A stretch of DNA of 55,030 nt from Archangiaceae bacterium (lineage in GTDB: Bacteria; Myxococcota; Myxococcia; Myxococcales; Myxococcaceae). Shown here in pieces: positions 29,058-39,209 of this stretch. The stretch's first letter is position 1; the number at the start of each line of letters is the position of its first letter. The stretch lies in assembly GCA_043750125.1 (NCBI GenBank), contig JAYVCD010000239.1, forward strand, positions 1-55,030, in the 5' to 3' direction. The position numbers were made by a program, and so were the translations under genes. The notes under the pieces are model-generated. The model saw only the letters and a list, made by a program, of their open reading frames with translations, had not been told where the DNA came from and did no database searches.

Positions 29058-30431
29058 ATGTCTGACGGCGATCCTGCCGACGCCCAAAAGTTCGTCGAGA
29101 CCACGTACCCGCTCGAACCTTCGGCGCCGTCCCAGTCGAAACTCGGTGCGGTCTCCAAAGGGCCCAAAGACCCGCTGATCGGCACCACGGTGTCGGGCTA
29201 CGTGGTGAAGGGGAAGATCGGCTCGGGTGGAATGGGCATCGTCTACGAGGGCGAGCAGCCGACGATCGGCAAGCGGGTCGCGATCAAAGTGCTGCGGCCT
29301 GAGATCGCGGACAACCCCGAGCAGGTGAAGCGGCTGGTCGAAGAAGCACGGGCGGTGAACACCGTCGGCCACCGCGGAATCATCGACGTCTTCGGCTTTG
29401 GCGAAGTGAACGATGGCCGCCAGTGCATCGTGATGGAATTTCTCGATGGGGAAGCCCTGATGGATTTGCTGGGGCGCAACCGCAAAGAACATCGGGCGAT
29501 GCCGACGCACGAAGTGATGGTGATCCTCGAAGAGATGCTCTCGGCGCTGGGGGCGGCCCACGGGGCGGGAGTCGTTCACCGCGATCTCAAGCCCTCGAAC
29601 ATCTTCCTGTGTCGTCAACGCGACGGTTCGCGCTACGTGAAGATCCTCGACTTCGGAATCGCCAAGCTCGGAGTCCACGGCGCGACTCCGCAGACCGAGG
29701 CGTCGACCCTGGTGGGCACCCCGTCGTACATGGCGCCCGAGCAGGCCCGCGGAGGCGTCATCAGCCCCGCGCTCGACCTCTACGCGGTGGGGGTGATCGC
29801 CTTCGAGATGATCACCGGCCAACTGCCCTTCGTCGGCAGCTCGGTGGTCGAGGTGTTGATGAAGCACGCCGAAGATTCGCCGGTGCGGCCTTCGACGTTG
29901 TTGATGAGCATCCCCGACGATGTCGACGAGCTGATCTTGAGGCTGTTGGCGAAGAAGCCCGAAGATCGCTACCCCTCGGCCGAGGCGGTTCGGGGCGAGG
30001 TGAAAAGAATCCGCAAAGCGCTGATGGATTCCACCGCCACCCGCACTGAGCTCGACCTCGAGGTCGACAAGCGGTTGAAGCAACGACTGCAGACGATGAT
30101 CGTCCCCGACCATGGAGCGATTGACTTAGGCGACGGGGAAGACGTGACGCTTCCTCCTGCGACCCGGCAGAGCCGGTCTCGGTTGCCTCCGGTCGAGTTC
30201 CCGGCGCCGGTCGACCTCGATGCCACCCACGCGATGTCGAAGGCCGACTTCGATGTGCCGGGGGCAGCCGACCTCGCGGGCACCGAGCGCTTGTCCCGCA
30301 CGCTGTTCAGCGCCAGCCCCCCCGACGGGCCGGGCCTGAAGAACAAAAAGCCCCTCTGGATCATCGTCACGCTGGTTTTGCTCGGCGCGATCGCCGTCTT
30401 CCTCTACAGCCAGGTGCCGCTGCTCAAGTAA
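29058..30431 (+). CDS. Hanks-type Ser/Thr protein kinase with C-terminal TM
   Basis: GSGGMG, VAIK, HRDLKPSN, DFG, GTPSYMAPE, C-terminal hydrophobic anchor. Confidence 0.95.
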   Translation: MSDGDPADAQKFVETTYPLEPSAPSQSKLGAVSKGPKDPLIGTTVSGYVVKGKIGSGGMGIVYEGEQPTIGKRVAIKVLRPEIADNPEQVKRLVEEARAVNTVGHRGIIDVFGFGEVNDGRQCIVMEFLDGEALMDLLGRNRKEHRAMPTHEVMVILEEMLSALGAAHGAGVVHRDLKPSNIFLCRQRDGSRYVKILDFGIAKLGVHGATPQTEASTLVGTPSYMAPEQARGGVISPALDLYAVGVIAFEMITGQLPFVGSSVVEVLMKHAEDSPVRPSTLLMSIPDDVDELILRLLAKKPEDRYPSAEAVRGEVKRIRKALMDSTATRTELDLEVDKRLKQRLQTMIVPDHGAIDLGDGEDVTLPPATRQSRSRLPPVEFPAPVDLDATHAMSKADFDVPGAADLAGTERLSRTLFSASPPDGPGLKNKKPLWIIVTLVLLGAIAVFLYSQVPLLK

Positions 30432-31776
30432 TGGCCAGTGCCACCAGCGGGCGCCGGGTAATCAGAAAGAAACGCATCACCAGCGCGATCGCCACCGCCG
30501 TGAGCCCGGCCGATAGCCCCCACCAGAGGCCAACCACGCCCATGCCCAGGTACACTGCGCAGTACAGGGCGACCGGTGCGCCGACCAGCCAGTGGCCCAC
30601 CACGTTGGCGAAGAAGCTGAAGCGGGTGTCGCCGGTGCCGCGAAGCACGCCTGAGCCGACCGCCTGCAGTCCGTCGGAAATCTGAAAGACCGCCGCGACG
30701 CCCAACAGCGCGACCGAGACGTCAATGACCGACGGGTCCGGGGTCATCACCCGGGCCAGGGCGCGAGGGGCAATCAAGAACACCAGCGCGCTCGACGACA
30801 TCCACGCGGCGCCGGCGGCGATGGCGACCAGCCCACTGCGGCGTGCGGCGGACGTGTCGCCCGCGCCGATCGCCCAACCGACCCGGGTCGCGGCGGCGCT
30901 GCCGATTCCCACAGCCAGGCAGAAGCTGAAGCTGGCCCAGGTGATTGCAATCTGGTGCGCGGCGACCGAGGTGCGGCCCAGTCGGCCGGCGAAGATCCCC
31001 GCCAGCACGAACACTCCGACCTCGGCGAGCAGCTGCAGGCCAATCGGAATCCCCAGCGCCAGCGCCTGCTTCACCACCGCGGAATCGAGCTGGCGCGAAG
31101 ATCCCGCGGGCGCCGGGCCGAGCATGAACATCATCACCCCCACCTGCAGCCAGGTGCACAGCGTGGTGGCGATCGCCGTGCCGGCAATTCCCAGCGGAGC
31201 AATCGGCCCGGCGCCGAAGACGAGCAGAATCGACAGCCCGAGGTTGGCGAGGTTCGCCAACACCATCGACATCAGGATGACGCTCGCGCGGCCATTGCTC
31301 TGCAGGTAGGTCCGGGCGGCGACGAAGAGCAGGAAGGCCATCAGCTGCGGCACCCGCCACGCGACGTAGACGGCCGCGCCCCGAGCCACCTCGGGATCCA
31401 CTCCGCAGGGCTCGAGCAGCAACGGCGACAACCAGAGCGGCACGGCGAGCACCGCTCCGGCGAAGACCGCGATCCACACCGCTTGGCAGAACAGCGTGCG
31501 GGCGCGCGCGTGGTGGCCGGCGCCGACCGACTGCGCCACCAGGGGGTCAAAGGCGAGCATCACTCCCACCCCCAACGTGCTGAAGGCGAAGCACAGCCCG
31601 CTGCCCAGCCCGACCGCTCCCTGCGCGGCATTCGAGACCCGGCCGACGACGGCGGTGTCCACCAGCCCCATCAGGGCCTGCCCTGCGTGCGCGAGCGCCA
31701 GCGGAGTCGCAAGCTTCAGCAGCGCCCGCAACTCGAGCAGCACAGGGGAAAAGCGGGGGCGGGTCCAGGCGTTCAT
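30424..31776 (-). CDS. MATE family efflux transporter
   Basis: LVDTAVVG, AAHQIA, QISDGLQ...GVLRGTGDT, multi-TM. Confidence 0.92.
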   Translation of the reverse strand: MNAWTRPRFSPVLLELRALLKLATPLALAHAGQALMGLVDTAVVGRVSNAAQGAVGLGSGLCFAFSTLGVGVMLAFDPLVAQSVGAGHHARARTLFCQAVWIAVFAGAVLAVPLWLSPLLLEPCGVDPEVARGAAVYVAWRVPQLMAFLLFVAARTYLQSNGRASVILMSMVLANLANLGLSILLVFGAGPIAPLGIAGTAIATTLCTWLQVGVMMFMLGPAPAGSSRQLDSAVVKQALALGIPIGLQLLAEVGVFVLAGIFAGRLGRTSVAAHQIAITWASFSFCLAVGIGSAAATRVGWAIGAGDTSAARRSGLVAIAAGAAWMSSSALVFLIAPRALARVMTPDPSVIDVSVALLGVAAVFQISDGLQAVGSGVLRGTGDTRFSFFANVVGHWLVGAPVALYCAVYLGMGVVGLWWGLSAGLTAVAIALVMRFFLITRRPLVALAIT

Positions 31777-31842
31777 GCGTGCATGCGTATAATTGAATTG
31801 ATGAAAACGGAAAGGCCCCGCGAGCTCGAATCAGACTGCGAG

Positions 31843-34455
31843 CTACCGCATCATCTCGAAGTTGGCGGGATCTGCCTGCCCTGGAGCCAGCGCGGCGTCC
31901 GTCGGCTCGGTGCCCTTCTTGAACCACATTTCGCTCGAGTTCTTCGGGCTCGAGGAGACCTTCCCGGTTCGGTTGTCGATGCGCACCTTGACCAGGTCCA
32001 ACCCACCGGGGGGCGCAAACTCGGGCTGGCTGCGGCCGTCGAGCGCCGCCCGCATGTAGTTGAGCCAGGCCGGCAGCGCGGCCCGGCCGCCCGTCTCGTA
32101 CTTCCCCAGCGGGTGGGGGTTCATGTCGTAACCGACCCACGAAGTGGTGACGAGGTCGCGGGTGAAGCCAGAAAACCAGGCGTCGTACGAGTCGTTGGTG
32201 GTGCCCGTTTTTCCGGCCGCGGGTTTGCCGAGCTTGTTGGCCGGAGCGCCGGTTCCCTCGCGCACCACTCCCCGCATCAGGTCGGTCATGATCCACCCGG
32301 TCTCGGGGCTGATCACCTGCACCCCCGGCTCGTACAGCCGCGCGTAGCCAGCGGCGACGCGATCTTGCAGCGAGGCCCAGGCGTCATCGAAGGCGGTGTG
32401 GTCTTCCACCGTGCGACCAAAGCGGTCCTCGACCTTGCGCAGAAAATAGGTCGGCTTCTTCACGCCCAGTCGGTTGAAGGTCGCGTAGACCTGCGCCAGC
32501 TCGAACGGGTAGACGCACGAGCTGCCCAGGGCGGTCGAGTAGTCGGGGTTGAGCGGAGTCGAAAGGCCCAGCTCTTTCGCGTACTCGGCCAGCTTCTGAA
32601 TTCCGACCAGCTCGTTCTTGTTTCCGAGGCTGCGCGAAACCGCGATGAAGGTCTTCACCGCGGGGATGTTCATCGAATTGACCAGCGCGGTGCGCAGCGT
32701 CACCTCTCCGACGAACTCTTCCGAGTAGTTCTGGGGCTTCCAGGTGTTGAGGTGCTCGGGGTCGTGCTCGACGATCGGGCTGTCGACGATGACCGTGCCT
32801 TCCGTCCAACCCATTTTCTCGACCGCGGCCGAGTAGACGATCGGCTTGAAGCACGAGCCGGGCTGTCGACAGGCCTGGAAAGCGCGGTTGTATTCGTTGG
32901 CGTCGAAGTCGTAGCCGCCGACCATCGCGACCAGGTATTGCCGGTGAGGGTCGATGCTGACCATCGCGGCCTGAAGCTCGGGTTCCTGCTCCAGCCGAAC
33001 CAGCAGTCCTTCGGTGGGCACCGCTTTTTCGGCGGCGTCGGAATAGGCCTCGCGATCATCGGTGAGCTCTTTTTTTGGAACCACGCGCACCACGACCACA
33101 TCGCCGACCTTCAAGGCCGACGAGACCTTGTTGATCATCACCGACGGGTAGTACTGCTCGGCGTTGAGCTTGCGCGCCCATCTCATTCCGAGCAGCGGCA
33201 ACGTCGCGACCTGACCGCCGACGTTGACCTCTGCCGACATGTTGTCCTTCGCCACCGCGGTCACCAGCGCGATGTAGAAGTGTTTCTCGGTCAGCTTCTC
33301 TTCGCCCATCACCTTCTTCCCGCGGGCGATGAACGCGGTGCGCGCTTCGGGCGTGGCCAGCTGCTGCACCGGCCCTCGAAAGCCCTGGCGCTTGTCGACG
33401 ATCAGCAGGTTCGCCATCACCGCTTCCTGTGCGGCGCGCTGCTTCTCTGAGTCCATGGTGGTGAAGACCTTCAGGCCTTCGTTGAGCAGCGTCTTGTTCC
33501 CGTACCGGTCGACCACCGCGCGCCGCACTTCCTCGGTGAAATAGGGAGCGAACCCGTGGAAGACATCTTCGACCGAGAAGACGCTGACCTTTTCCGTGAC
33601 CGCTTGATCGTGCTCGACCTTGGTGATCATTCCTTCGTCGAGCATTCGCCGCAGCACGTACTTGCGTCGGTTGATCGCCGCTTCCGGCCGGGTGAAAGGG
33701 GAATAGGCAGACGGCGCCTGGGGCAGGCCGGCGATCAACGCCATCTCACCCAGCGTCAGGTCCTTCACGTCTTTGCGGTAGTAGTTCTCAGCCGCGGACT
33801 GGACTCCGTAGCTGTGGTGCCCGAGGTAGACGTTGTTCAGGTAGAGGTAGAGGATCTCTTCCTTGGTCAGCGCTGCCTCGAGCCGCTGCGCCAACAGCGC
33901 CTCGCGAATTTTTCGACGCAGCCCGGCGCTTCCCTTCTTCTCGGTCGCCGCCTTGTAACCCTCGGCTGAGATCAACACCGCCTTGGCCGTCTGCTGGGTC
34001 AGCGTCGAGCCGCCCTGCACGCTTCCCCGGCCGGTGACCTTCTTCAGCAGCGTCTTGTAGGTCGCGCGCGCGGTGCCGAGAATGTCGACGCCCTGGTGAT
34101 CGAAGAAGCCCGAGTCTTCGCTGGCGATGAACGCCTGGACCAGGCGCTTGGGGATCCGCTCGTAGGGCACGACCTTGCGACGCTCGTTGTAGAACTCGCC
34201 CGCCAGCAGCGCGTCCGAGGTCACCACCTCGGTGAGAATCGGCGGTCGATATTCTTCGACCCGGGGGATGTCGGGCAACCCGTCGGCGTACTGCCAGTAG
34301 AAGTAGCCGTAGACGCAGAGCACCGCGGTGATGGCGGTGAGCGCGAGGAACACGGCCAGCTTGAGCAGGTTTTTCTTCCAGCCGCTCGGCGATGGAAGGT
34401 CGACGAGCACCAGGCGCGTCTGGGGAGGCTCAGGCTGTGGGCGTTGGGCTCGCAT
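31843..34455 (-). CDS. mrcA: Class A penicillin-binding protein 1A
   Basis: GT51 motifs EDSGFFDHQG, GGSTLTQQ, RKIRE. Transpeptidase motifs SCFK, SMN, KTG. Confidence 0.93.
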   Translation of the reverse strand: MRAQRPQPEPPQTRLVLVDLPSPSGWKKNLLKLAVFLALTAITAVLCVYGYFYWQYADGLPDIPRVEEYRPPILTEVVTSDALLAGEFYNERRKVVPYERIPKRLVQAFIASEDSGFFDHQGVDILGTARATYKTLLKKVTGRGSVQGGSTLTQQTAKAVLISAEGYKAATEKKGSAGLRRKIREALLAQRLEAALTKEEILYLYLNNVYLGHHSYGVQSAAENYYRKDVKDLTLGEMALIAGLPQAPSAYSPFTRPEAAINRRKYVLRRMLDEGMITKVEHDQAVTEKVSVFSVEDVFHGFAPYFTEEVRRAVVDRYGNKTLLNEGLKVFTTMDSEKQRAAQEAVMANLLIVDKRQGFRGPVQQLATPEARTAFIARGKKVMGEEKLTEKHFYIALVTAVAKDNMSAEVNVGGQVATLPLLGMRWARKLNAEQYYPSVMINKVSSALKVGDVVVVRVVPKKELTDDREAYSDAAEKAVPTEGLLVRLEQEPELQAAMVSIDPHRQYLVAMVGGYDFDANEYNRAFQACRQPGSCFKPIVYSAAVEKMGWTEGTVIVDSPIVEHDPEHLNTWKPQNYSEEFVGEVTLRTALVNSMNIPAVKTFIAVSRSLGNKNELVGIQKLAEYAKELGLSTPLNPDYSTALGSSCVYPFELAQVYATFNRLGVKKPTYFLRKVEDRFGRTVEDHTAFDDAWASLQDRVAAGYARLYEPGVQVISPETGWIMTDLMRGVVREGTGAPANKLGKPAAGKTGTTNDSYDAWFSGFTRDLVTTSWVGYDMNPHPLGKYETGGRAALPAWLNYMRAALDGRSQPEFAPPGGLDLVKVRIDNRTGKVSSSPKNSSEMWFKKGTEPTDAALAPGQADPANFEMMR

Positions 34456-35407
34456 TGATCAGTCCGGCTGCGGTGAGCACGTCTACCAGTTCCTGCGGCA
34501 AAGGCGACTCGACCACCGTGCGCTTTTCATCTTGCGGATGGGGAAATTCCAACCGCTCGGAATGAAGAAACAGTCGCTGCAGGCCCCACTTCGCTTTTGC
34601 CTCGCGGTTGAAGGCGAAGTCTCCGTGTTTGCGATCGCCTGCGACCGGGTGGCCGATGGCGAGGAAGTGGCGTCGAATCTGGTGGGTGCGGCCGGTCTCG
34701 ATGGTGGCGGAAACGAACGCGACCTCGGACGTCTGGGCGATCACCTTCCAGCGGGTGCGCGCTTCCTGCAGGTTCACCCCGCGCCGCTCGCGCGATTCGG
34801 CGGTCTGCTGGTGCTCGGACAGCGGCAGGTCGATCAGCCCTTCGGTCTTTTCCAGCCTGCCCTTCACCATCACCAGGTAGCGCTTCTTCGCCCGGTGGTG
34901 GGTGAAGACCTCGGTGAAGTGCACCATCGCCGGACGGCGCTTGGCGACGACCAGGACTCCCGACGTGTCGCGGTCCAGCCGATGGGCGGGGCTGGCGGCG
35001 AAGTCGTTGCGAACCGCCTTGGGGCCCAGGTAGGCGCGGACCAGGTCCACCACGGTGCCCCCGGTGATCCCGCTGCCGGTATGCACTGCCATCCCGGTGG
35101 GCTTGTCGAGGACGAGGATCCAGTCGTCTTCGAGCAGCACCCGGAGATCATTGAGGTCCACCGGGGGTGGAGGAGGGGGCACCCGTTCGGCGGAAATGCC
35201 GATCAGCTGCTTTTCATCGCCCTGGACGAAGACGACATCTCCGAGGACCAGCGGCTGCTCGGCCTGGGCGCGCTTCCCGTTGACCTTGATCTTCTTCACC
35301 CGGATCATCTTGAAGAGGTGCGAAACCGGGATGTTGGCCAACTTCTTCCGGAGGAACTTGTCGAGGCGAACGCCCACGTGGTCTTCGGTAACGCGAAACT
35401 CGAGCAC
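34430..35407 (-). CDS. RluA/RluC family pseudouridine synthase with S4 domain
   Basis: RLDKFL (S4), KPTG, HRLDRDTSG, TGRTHQIR, LHS. Probable GTG start at 35407. Confidence 0.92.
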   Translation of the reverse strand: MLEFRVTEDHVGVRLDKFLRKKLANIPVSHLFKMIRVKKIKVNGKRAQAEQPLVLGDVVFVQGDEKQLIGISAERVPPPPPPVDLNDLRVLLEDDWILVLDKPTGMAVHTGSGITGGTVVDLVRAYLGPKAVRNDFAASPAHRLDRDTSGVLVVAKRRPAMVHFTEVFTHHRAKKRYLVMVKGRLEKTEGLIDLPLSEHQQTAESRERRGVNLQEARTRWKVIAQTSEVAFVSATIETGRTHQIRRHFLAIGHPVAGDRKHGDFAFNREAKAKWGLQRLFLHSERLEFPHPQDEKRTVVESPLPQELVDVLTAAGLINASPTPTA

Positions 35408-35500
35408 GCCGCGCTTTAAGCACACGCGACCCCAAATGACGCGCGTGCCCAATGGTTTGTGTAGCGGTTGGTGGGTAGGCGCAGATACAAGGCGCCTCCC

Positions 35501-36721
35501 ATGCCCAAGGCTCTCAGCATCGACCAACTTTTGAAGAACGGCTCCAAAGATTGGAACAACATGCGCAAAGACGGCCGCGTGGCGCTGGACCACACCGGCG
35601 CGACCTTCGCTCAGTTGTTCTCGGCGAACGCCGACCTGTCGGGCCTGTTGTTGATCGGTTCAGAGTGGGAAAAGTGCGATCTGTCGAAGGTCTCGTTTCG
35701 CGAAACGGATCTTTCCAACGCGTACTTTCACGGCGGCCGGCTGCAGGACTGCGACTTTCGCGGCGCCAATCTCGAGGGCGCGACCTTCGAAAAGCTGAAG
35801 CTGCTGCGGTGTGATTTCTCGGGCTGCAAGGGCCTCGAAGAGCTCGAGCTCGAAGACGTGGACATGGATCGCGTGGTCGGCCTCGACGGGCAGGAAGCGC
35901 CTCCGCCGCCTCCGCCGCCTGCCGTCGGGATCACCAGCTTTACCCGCGAGCAGCGCACCGCTCAGCTCGCCTCGCAGGGCGTGGTTCAGGAAGGAGATCT
36001 GCCCCCGTTCCGCCCGCATGATCCTGCCGGCACGCTGCTGTTTCGCGGGCTGAAGCACGTCGGCAACCCTCCGGTCTGGGTGCTCGACGTGCCGGGCCTT
36101 CGTCCTCCCCTGCCCGGTCGCCTGACTCCGGGCACCAGCCTCGAGGCGCTCTACCGGGAAGCGGTGAAGACGCGGCTCGAAAACCGTCGGCCGGTTGCGG
36201 ACAACCAGGCGGTCGAGAAGGCGAAGGAAGTCATCGCCCAGGGCGCGAAGGACACGGCTGCGGCGGTGATGTACCTGCGCGAAGTCGGAGTCGAGCCGAC
36301 TCCCTCGGAAGCTGCGGTCAATGCGCTCAACCTGGCGATGTCGGCTGAAATCGAGATTGAGGATCTGACGGGCCAGGTGGACCCGCGGGTCACCGGCGCG
36401 CTGCTCGAGCTCAAAAGCCCGACCGCCGCGCTCGAGCACATCGGAGAGCTTCGCCAGCGCCTCGCGGCCTGCCAGCTGTTCGCCTCGCTGCTCGAGGCGG
36501 GCTTCCTTCCCGAGAACAACTGGGAAGAAGCGCTCGAGTCGCAAGAGTCGGCGCTCGATCTCGCGCACCAGGCGACGCAGGGCAATCGCGAGCTGCTCAA
36601 AGACGCATTTGGCGCCTACGCGAGCCTGCCCGACGAAGCCCGGTTGCGTCGGCTGGCGTACCTGGCCGAAGCGACCGCCCATGTGGAAGCGATGGTCGGC
36701 GGAGTCGCTCCGGCCGCCTGA
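35501..36721 (+). CDS. Pentapeptide-repeat protein with polyproline linker and helical C-terminal domain
   Basis: ADLSG/CDLSK/TDLSN/CDFRG/ANLEG repeats followed by a PPPPPPP run. Confidence 0.85.
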   Translation: MPKALSIDQLLKNGSKDWNNMRKDGRVALDHTGATFAQLFSANADLSGLLLIGSEWEKCDLSKVSFRETDLSNAYFHGGRLQDCDFRGANLEGATFEKLKLLRCDFSGCKGLEELELEDVDMDRVVGLDGQEAPPPPPPPAVGITSFTREQRTAQLASQGVVQEGDLPPFRPHDPAGTLLFRGLKHVGNPPVWVLDVPGLRPPLPGRLTPGTSLEALYREAVKTRLENRRPVADNQAVEKAKEVIAQGAKDTAAAVMYLREVGVEPTPSEAAVNALNLAMSAEIEIEDLTGQVDPRVTGALLELKSPTAALEHIGELRQRLAACQLFASLLEAGFLPENNWEEALESQESALDLAHQATQGNRELLKDAFGAYASLPDEARLRRLAYLAEATAHVEAMVGGVAPAA

Positions 36722-36743
36722 AGCACCGCTCGGAAAAGCCAAC

Positions 36744-36837
36744 CCGTTCACCCTGAGCTCGTCGAAGGGTGGGCACTCGTTCGCTTTGCCTGTGCATGGA
36801 ACCCTTCGCCGCGGTTCGACGGGCTGACCGTGAACGG
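36744..36837. repeat. Degenerate REP-like palindromic element
   Basis: CCGTTCACCCTGAGCTCGTCGAAGGG ... GGTTCGACGGGCTGACCGTGAACGG. The ends form an imperfect inverted repeat (CCGTTCAC/GTGAACGG). Confidence 0.6.
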
Positions 36838-37145
36838 CCTCGGAATGCGCTGACTGAGGAACGTGGCCTTCAGTCCACGGACCTGGAGCATCGCCAGACC
36901 ACCGGCATCACCATCTGCTGCGGCGCGAGGGCGCGCGCGTGCGGTACGCCGATTGCTGTTCGGTTCCGAGCGTTCGTCCCCTTTCAAGGAGCATCGATGT
37001 CCCGGATCCGCCACTGCAATCGCCCAGCGGCCCGGGCAATGTCCCGTTCACCACGGTCACTCCGGACCAGAGGGTCCACTTCCTCCGCTCGAACGACAAC
37101 GGCGGCTTTCAAACTTCAATCGGTTAAATGAGGAAACAGACTGCC

Positions 37146-37337
37146 ATGACTCCTACCCCCCACTGCTGTCTGAGCTGCCACAAGCCCGAGTCGTCCACCG
37201 TGCGCGGAGGGCTCTTCACTTCCAACGGCGACAACGGAATGATCATCACGTTCTGGCTTTGCGACAGCTGCGCGCTGCCGCTGGGACCGGGGCAGGGAAA
37301 AATCGACCTCGACGCGAAGGCCCGCCCGCCGGTCTGA
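37146..37337 (+). CDS. Small putative zinc-ribbon protein (CxxC...CxxC)
   Basis: GAGGA upstream of ATG 37146. 63 aa with CLSC and CDSC. Stop abuts the convergent gene. Confidence 0.5.
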   Translation: MTPTPHCCLSCHKPESSTVRGGLFTSNGDNGMIITFWLCDSCALPLGPGQGKIDLDAKARPPV

Positions 37338-37340
37338 GGG

Positions 37341-38318
37341 TCAGCCCGTGAGCGCCATTTCCATCTGAACGGCCTGGGTGACGGCGCGGGCGAAGACTCC
37401 GACCTTGTTGAGCTCGAGGGCGAGCTCCTTGGCAAAGCCGTGGTGGGTGATGACTTCCCGTGCGCGGCTGCCCTTGGCGATCTTCACCAGGGCGGCAAAG
37501 TCGGCGTGGTCGGAAATTGGAAACGCCACGTCGGCGGCGTAGCGGCGCGCGGCCCAGGGCTCGATCGCCCAGCCGGTGAGCACCGCTGTGGCCCTTGGCA
37601 TCACTTTCTTCATCGCCTGCGATCGACCAAAGGGAGGGAAGATTCCGACCTCTCCTTCCTCGAAGGTGCCGTCGAAGAGGCGGACGTCGATCGGCATTCC
37701 GAGCTCGGTGTAGAGCATCGAGATGTCGTAGATCGCTTTGTGAGCGCACAGCTTCAACCCGCGGGAAGTCAGCTGCTTGATGGCTTCCTGCCCCTTGCCC
37801 AGGGAATAGGCGTAGAGAATGGGACGGACTCCGCGGGCCAGGTGGGCTCGGGCCCAGGCGGCGACTTCGTTGAACACTTCGTCGCGTTTGGGGAACTTGA
37901 AGCGGGGGTGCCCGAAGGTCGATTCGAGGACCAGGGTGTCGCATTCAGCAATCTGGGTGGCCTCGGCGGTCATCGAGGATTCGAGGCTGATGTCGCCGGT
38001 GTAGACGATGCGATGGCCGTCTTCGCGGGTGACGCGAATCTGCGCGCTGCCCAACACGTGGCCGGCCGGAAGCAGCTCGACGTTGAGTCGGCCCAGCTCG
38101 AAGGGGCGGTGGTACGGGGCGGGAAGCGCCGATTTGATTGGCCCGAGGCGGTGCTCCATGAAACGCAGTGTCGCGCGGGTGGCGATGACGCGCTCGTGGC
38201 GGGCGATGTGATCGCTGTGGGCGTGAGAGACGAAGCTCAGCTCTGACTTGCGACGGGCGTCGAAGGACAGAGGCGACCCGGTCAGATGCAGGCCGCCGCG
38301 ACGAAGCTCTACAGGCAC
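37341..38318 (-). CDS. MBL-fold/beta-CASP nuclease
   Basis: SHAHSDH, AGHVLGS, YTGD, ESTFG, SDHAD. Confidence 0.9.
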   Translation of the reverse strand: MPVELRRGGLHLTGSPLSFDARRKSELSFVSHAHSDHIARHERVIATRATLRFMEHRLGPIKSALPAPYHRPFELGRLNVELLPAGHVLGSAQIRVTREDGHRIVYTGDISLESSMTAEATQIAECDTLVLESTFGHPRFKFPKRDEVFNEVAAWARAHLARGVRPILYAYSLGKGQEAIKQLTSRGLKLCAHKAIYDISMLYTELGMPIDVRLFDGTFEEGEVGIFPPFGRSQAMKKVMPRATAVLTGWAIEPWAARRYAADVAFPISDHADFAALVKIAKGSRAREVITHHGFAKELALELNKVGVFARAVTQAVQMEMALTG

Positions 38319-38339
38319 GGGCGCTCGTATAGCGGATTT

Positions 38340-39209
38340 TCAGCCGGGTGCGGCGGCGCGCGGACGCCAGAATGCGGCTCCGACCTCACCGACGACCACT
38401 CCGGCAATGATCAACCCTCCGCCCCACAGCTCGCGGCGGCCGAGCACTTCACCGGCAGTGAGGGTCGAGTAGCCGACCGCGAAGACCGGTTCGAGCGCGA
38501 AGATCAGCGCGGCGCGCACGGCCGTCGTCCGCGCCTGGGCCCAGGTCTGCAGGCCAATGCAGACGGTGGTGGCGAATAGCCCGGTGACCGCGATGGCAAG
38601 CAGGAGTCCCGGGGTCCATTCGACCCGGCGCTCACCGAAAGGAACGAACGCCGAGAACCACCCGGCGCAGAAGACCAGCTGGGCGGCGACGAGGGGAAAG
38701 GCCGGGTGTCGCGCGGCGTAGCGTTCGGTGAGCGCGATGTGAAAGGCGAAGGCCACCGCGCAGCCGACGGTGAGCAGGTCTCCGGTCAGGGTTCCCGCGG
38801 CCGAGGCGGCGTCGGTGAGCAGGTAGAGCCCGAGGACGGCGATGGCGGCGCCCACCACCGCCCAGAGAACCAGCCGTCGCTTGAACAGCACTGCCGAGAG
38901 GAAGGGCACCAGAATGACGCAGAGCCCGGTGAGGAAGGCCGAACGAGACGAAGAGGTCCACAGCAAGCCCCAGGTCTGCAGCTGGTAGCCAATCAACAGG
39001 CAGGTGCCGAGGACGGCCGCCGAGCGCCAGAGCGCGGCATTCAACAGGGCTCCCCGCGCGATCAACACCGCGGCGACCGCGGCGAGGGAAAAACGCAAAG
39101 CCAGGAAGGTGAGCGGGTCGGCATGGCCGAGCGCGTCTTTGACCACCACGAAGGTGACGCCCCATAACGCGGTGATGAAGAGCAACACCGCGTCGGCGGC
39201 GGGCTTCAC
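38340..39209 (-). CDS. DMT/EamA family transporter
   Basis: LWGVTF, ALRF, LEPVFA, about 10 TM segments. Confidence 0.92.
   Translation of the reverse strand: MKPAADAVLLFITALWGVTFVVVKDALGHADPLTFLALRFSLAAVAAVLIARGALLNAALWRSAAVLGTCLLIGYQLQTWGLLWTSSSRSAFLTGLCVILVPFLSAVLFKRRLVLWAVVGAAIAVLGLYLLTDAASAAGTLTGDLLTVGCAVAFAFHIALTERYAARHPAFPLVAAQLVFCAGWFSAFVPFGERRVEWTPGLLLAIAVTGLFATTVCIGLQTWAQARTTAVRAALIFALEPVFAVGYSTLTAGEVLGRRELWGGGLIIAGVVVGEVGAAFWRPRAAAPG

Noticed and set aside
26493-30431. HDAC, methyltransferase, SDR and kinase as a chromatin-like or biosynthetic system
   Set aside because: All are widespread generic families, with no substrate gene or evidence of shared function beyond co-orientation.
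30955-33450. 831-aa plus-strand ORF, and similar ones at 50238..52292, 28326..30113 and 21825..22925
   Set aside because: Antisense shadows of genuine genes, expected in high-GC DNA, with no recognisable motifs.
37146-37337. CLSCH as a c-type cytochrome
   Set aside because: No export signal, and a second CxxC pair favours zinc binding.
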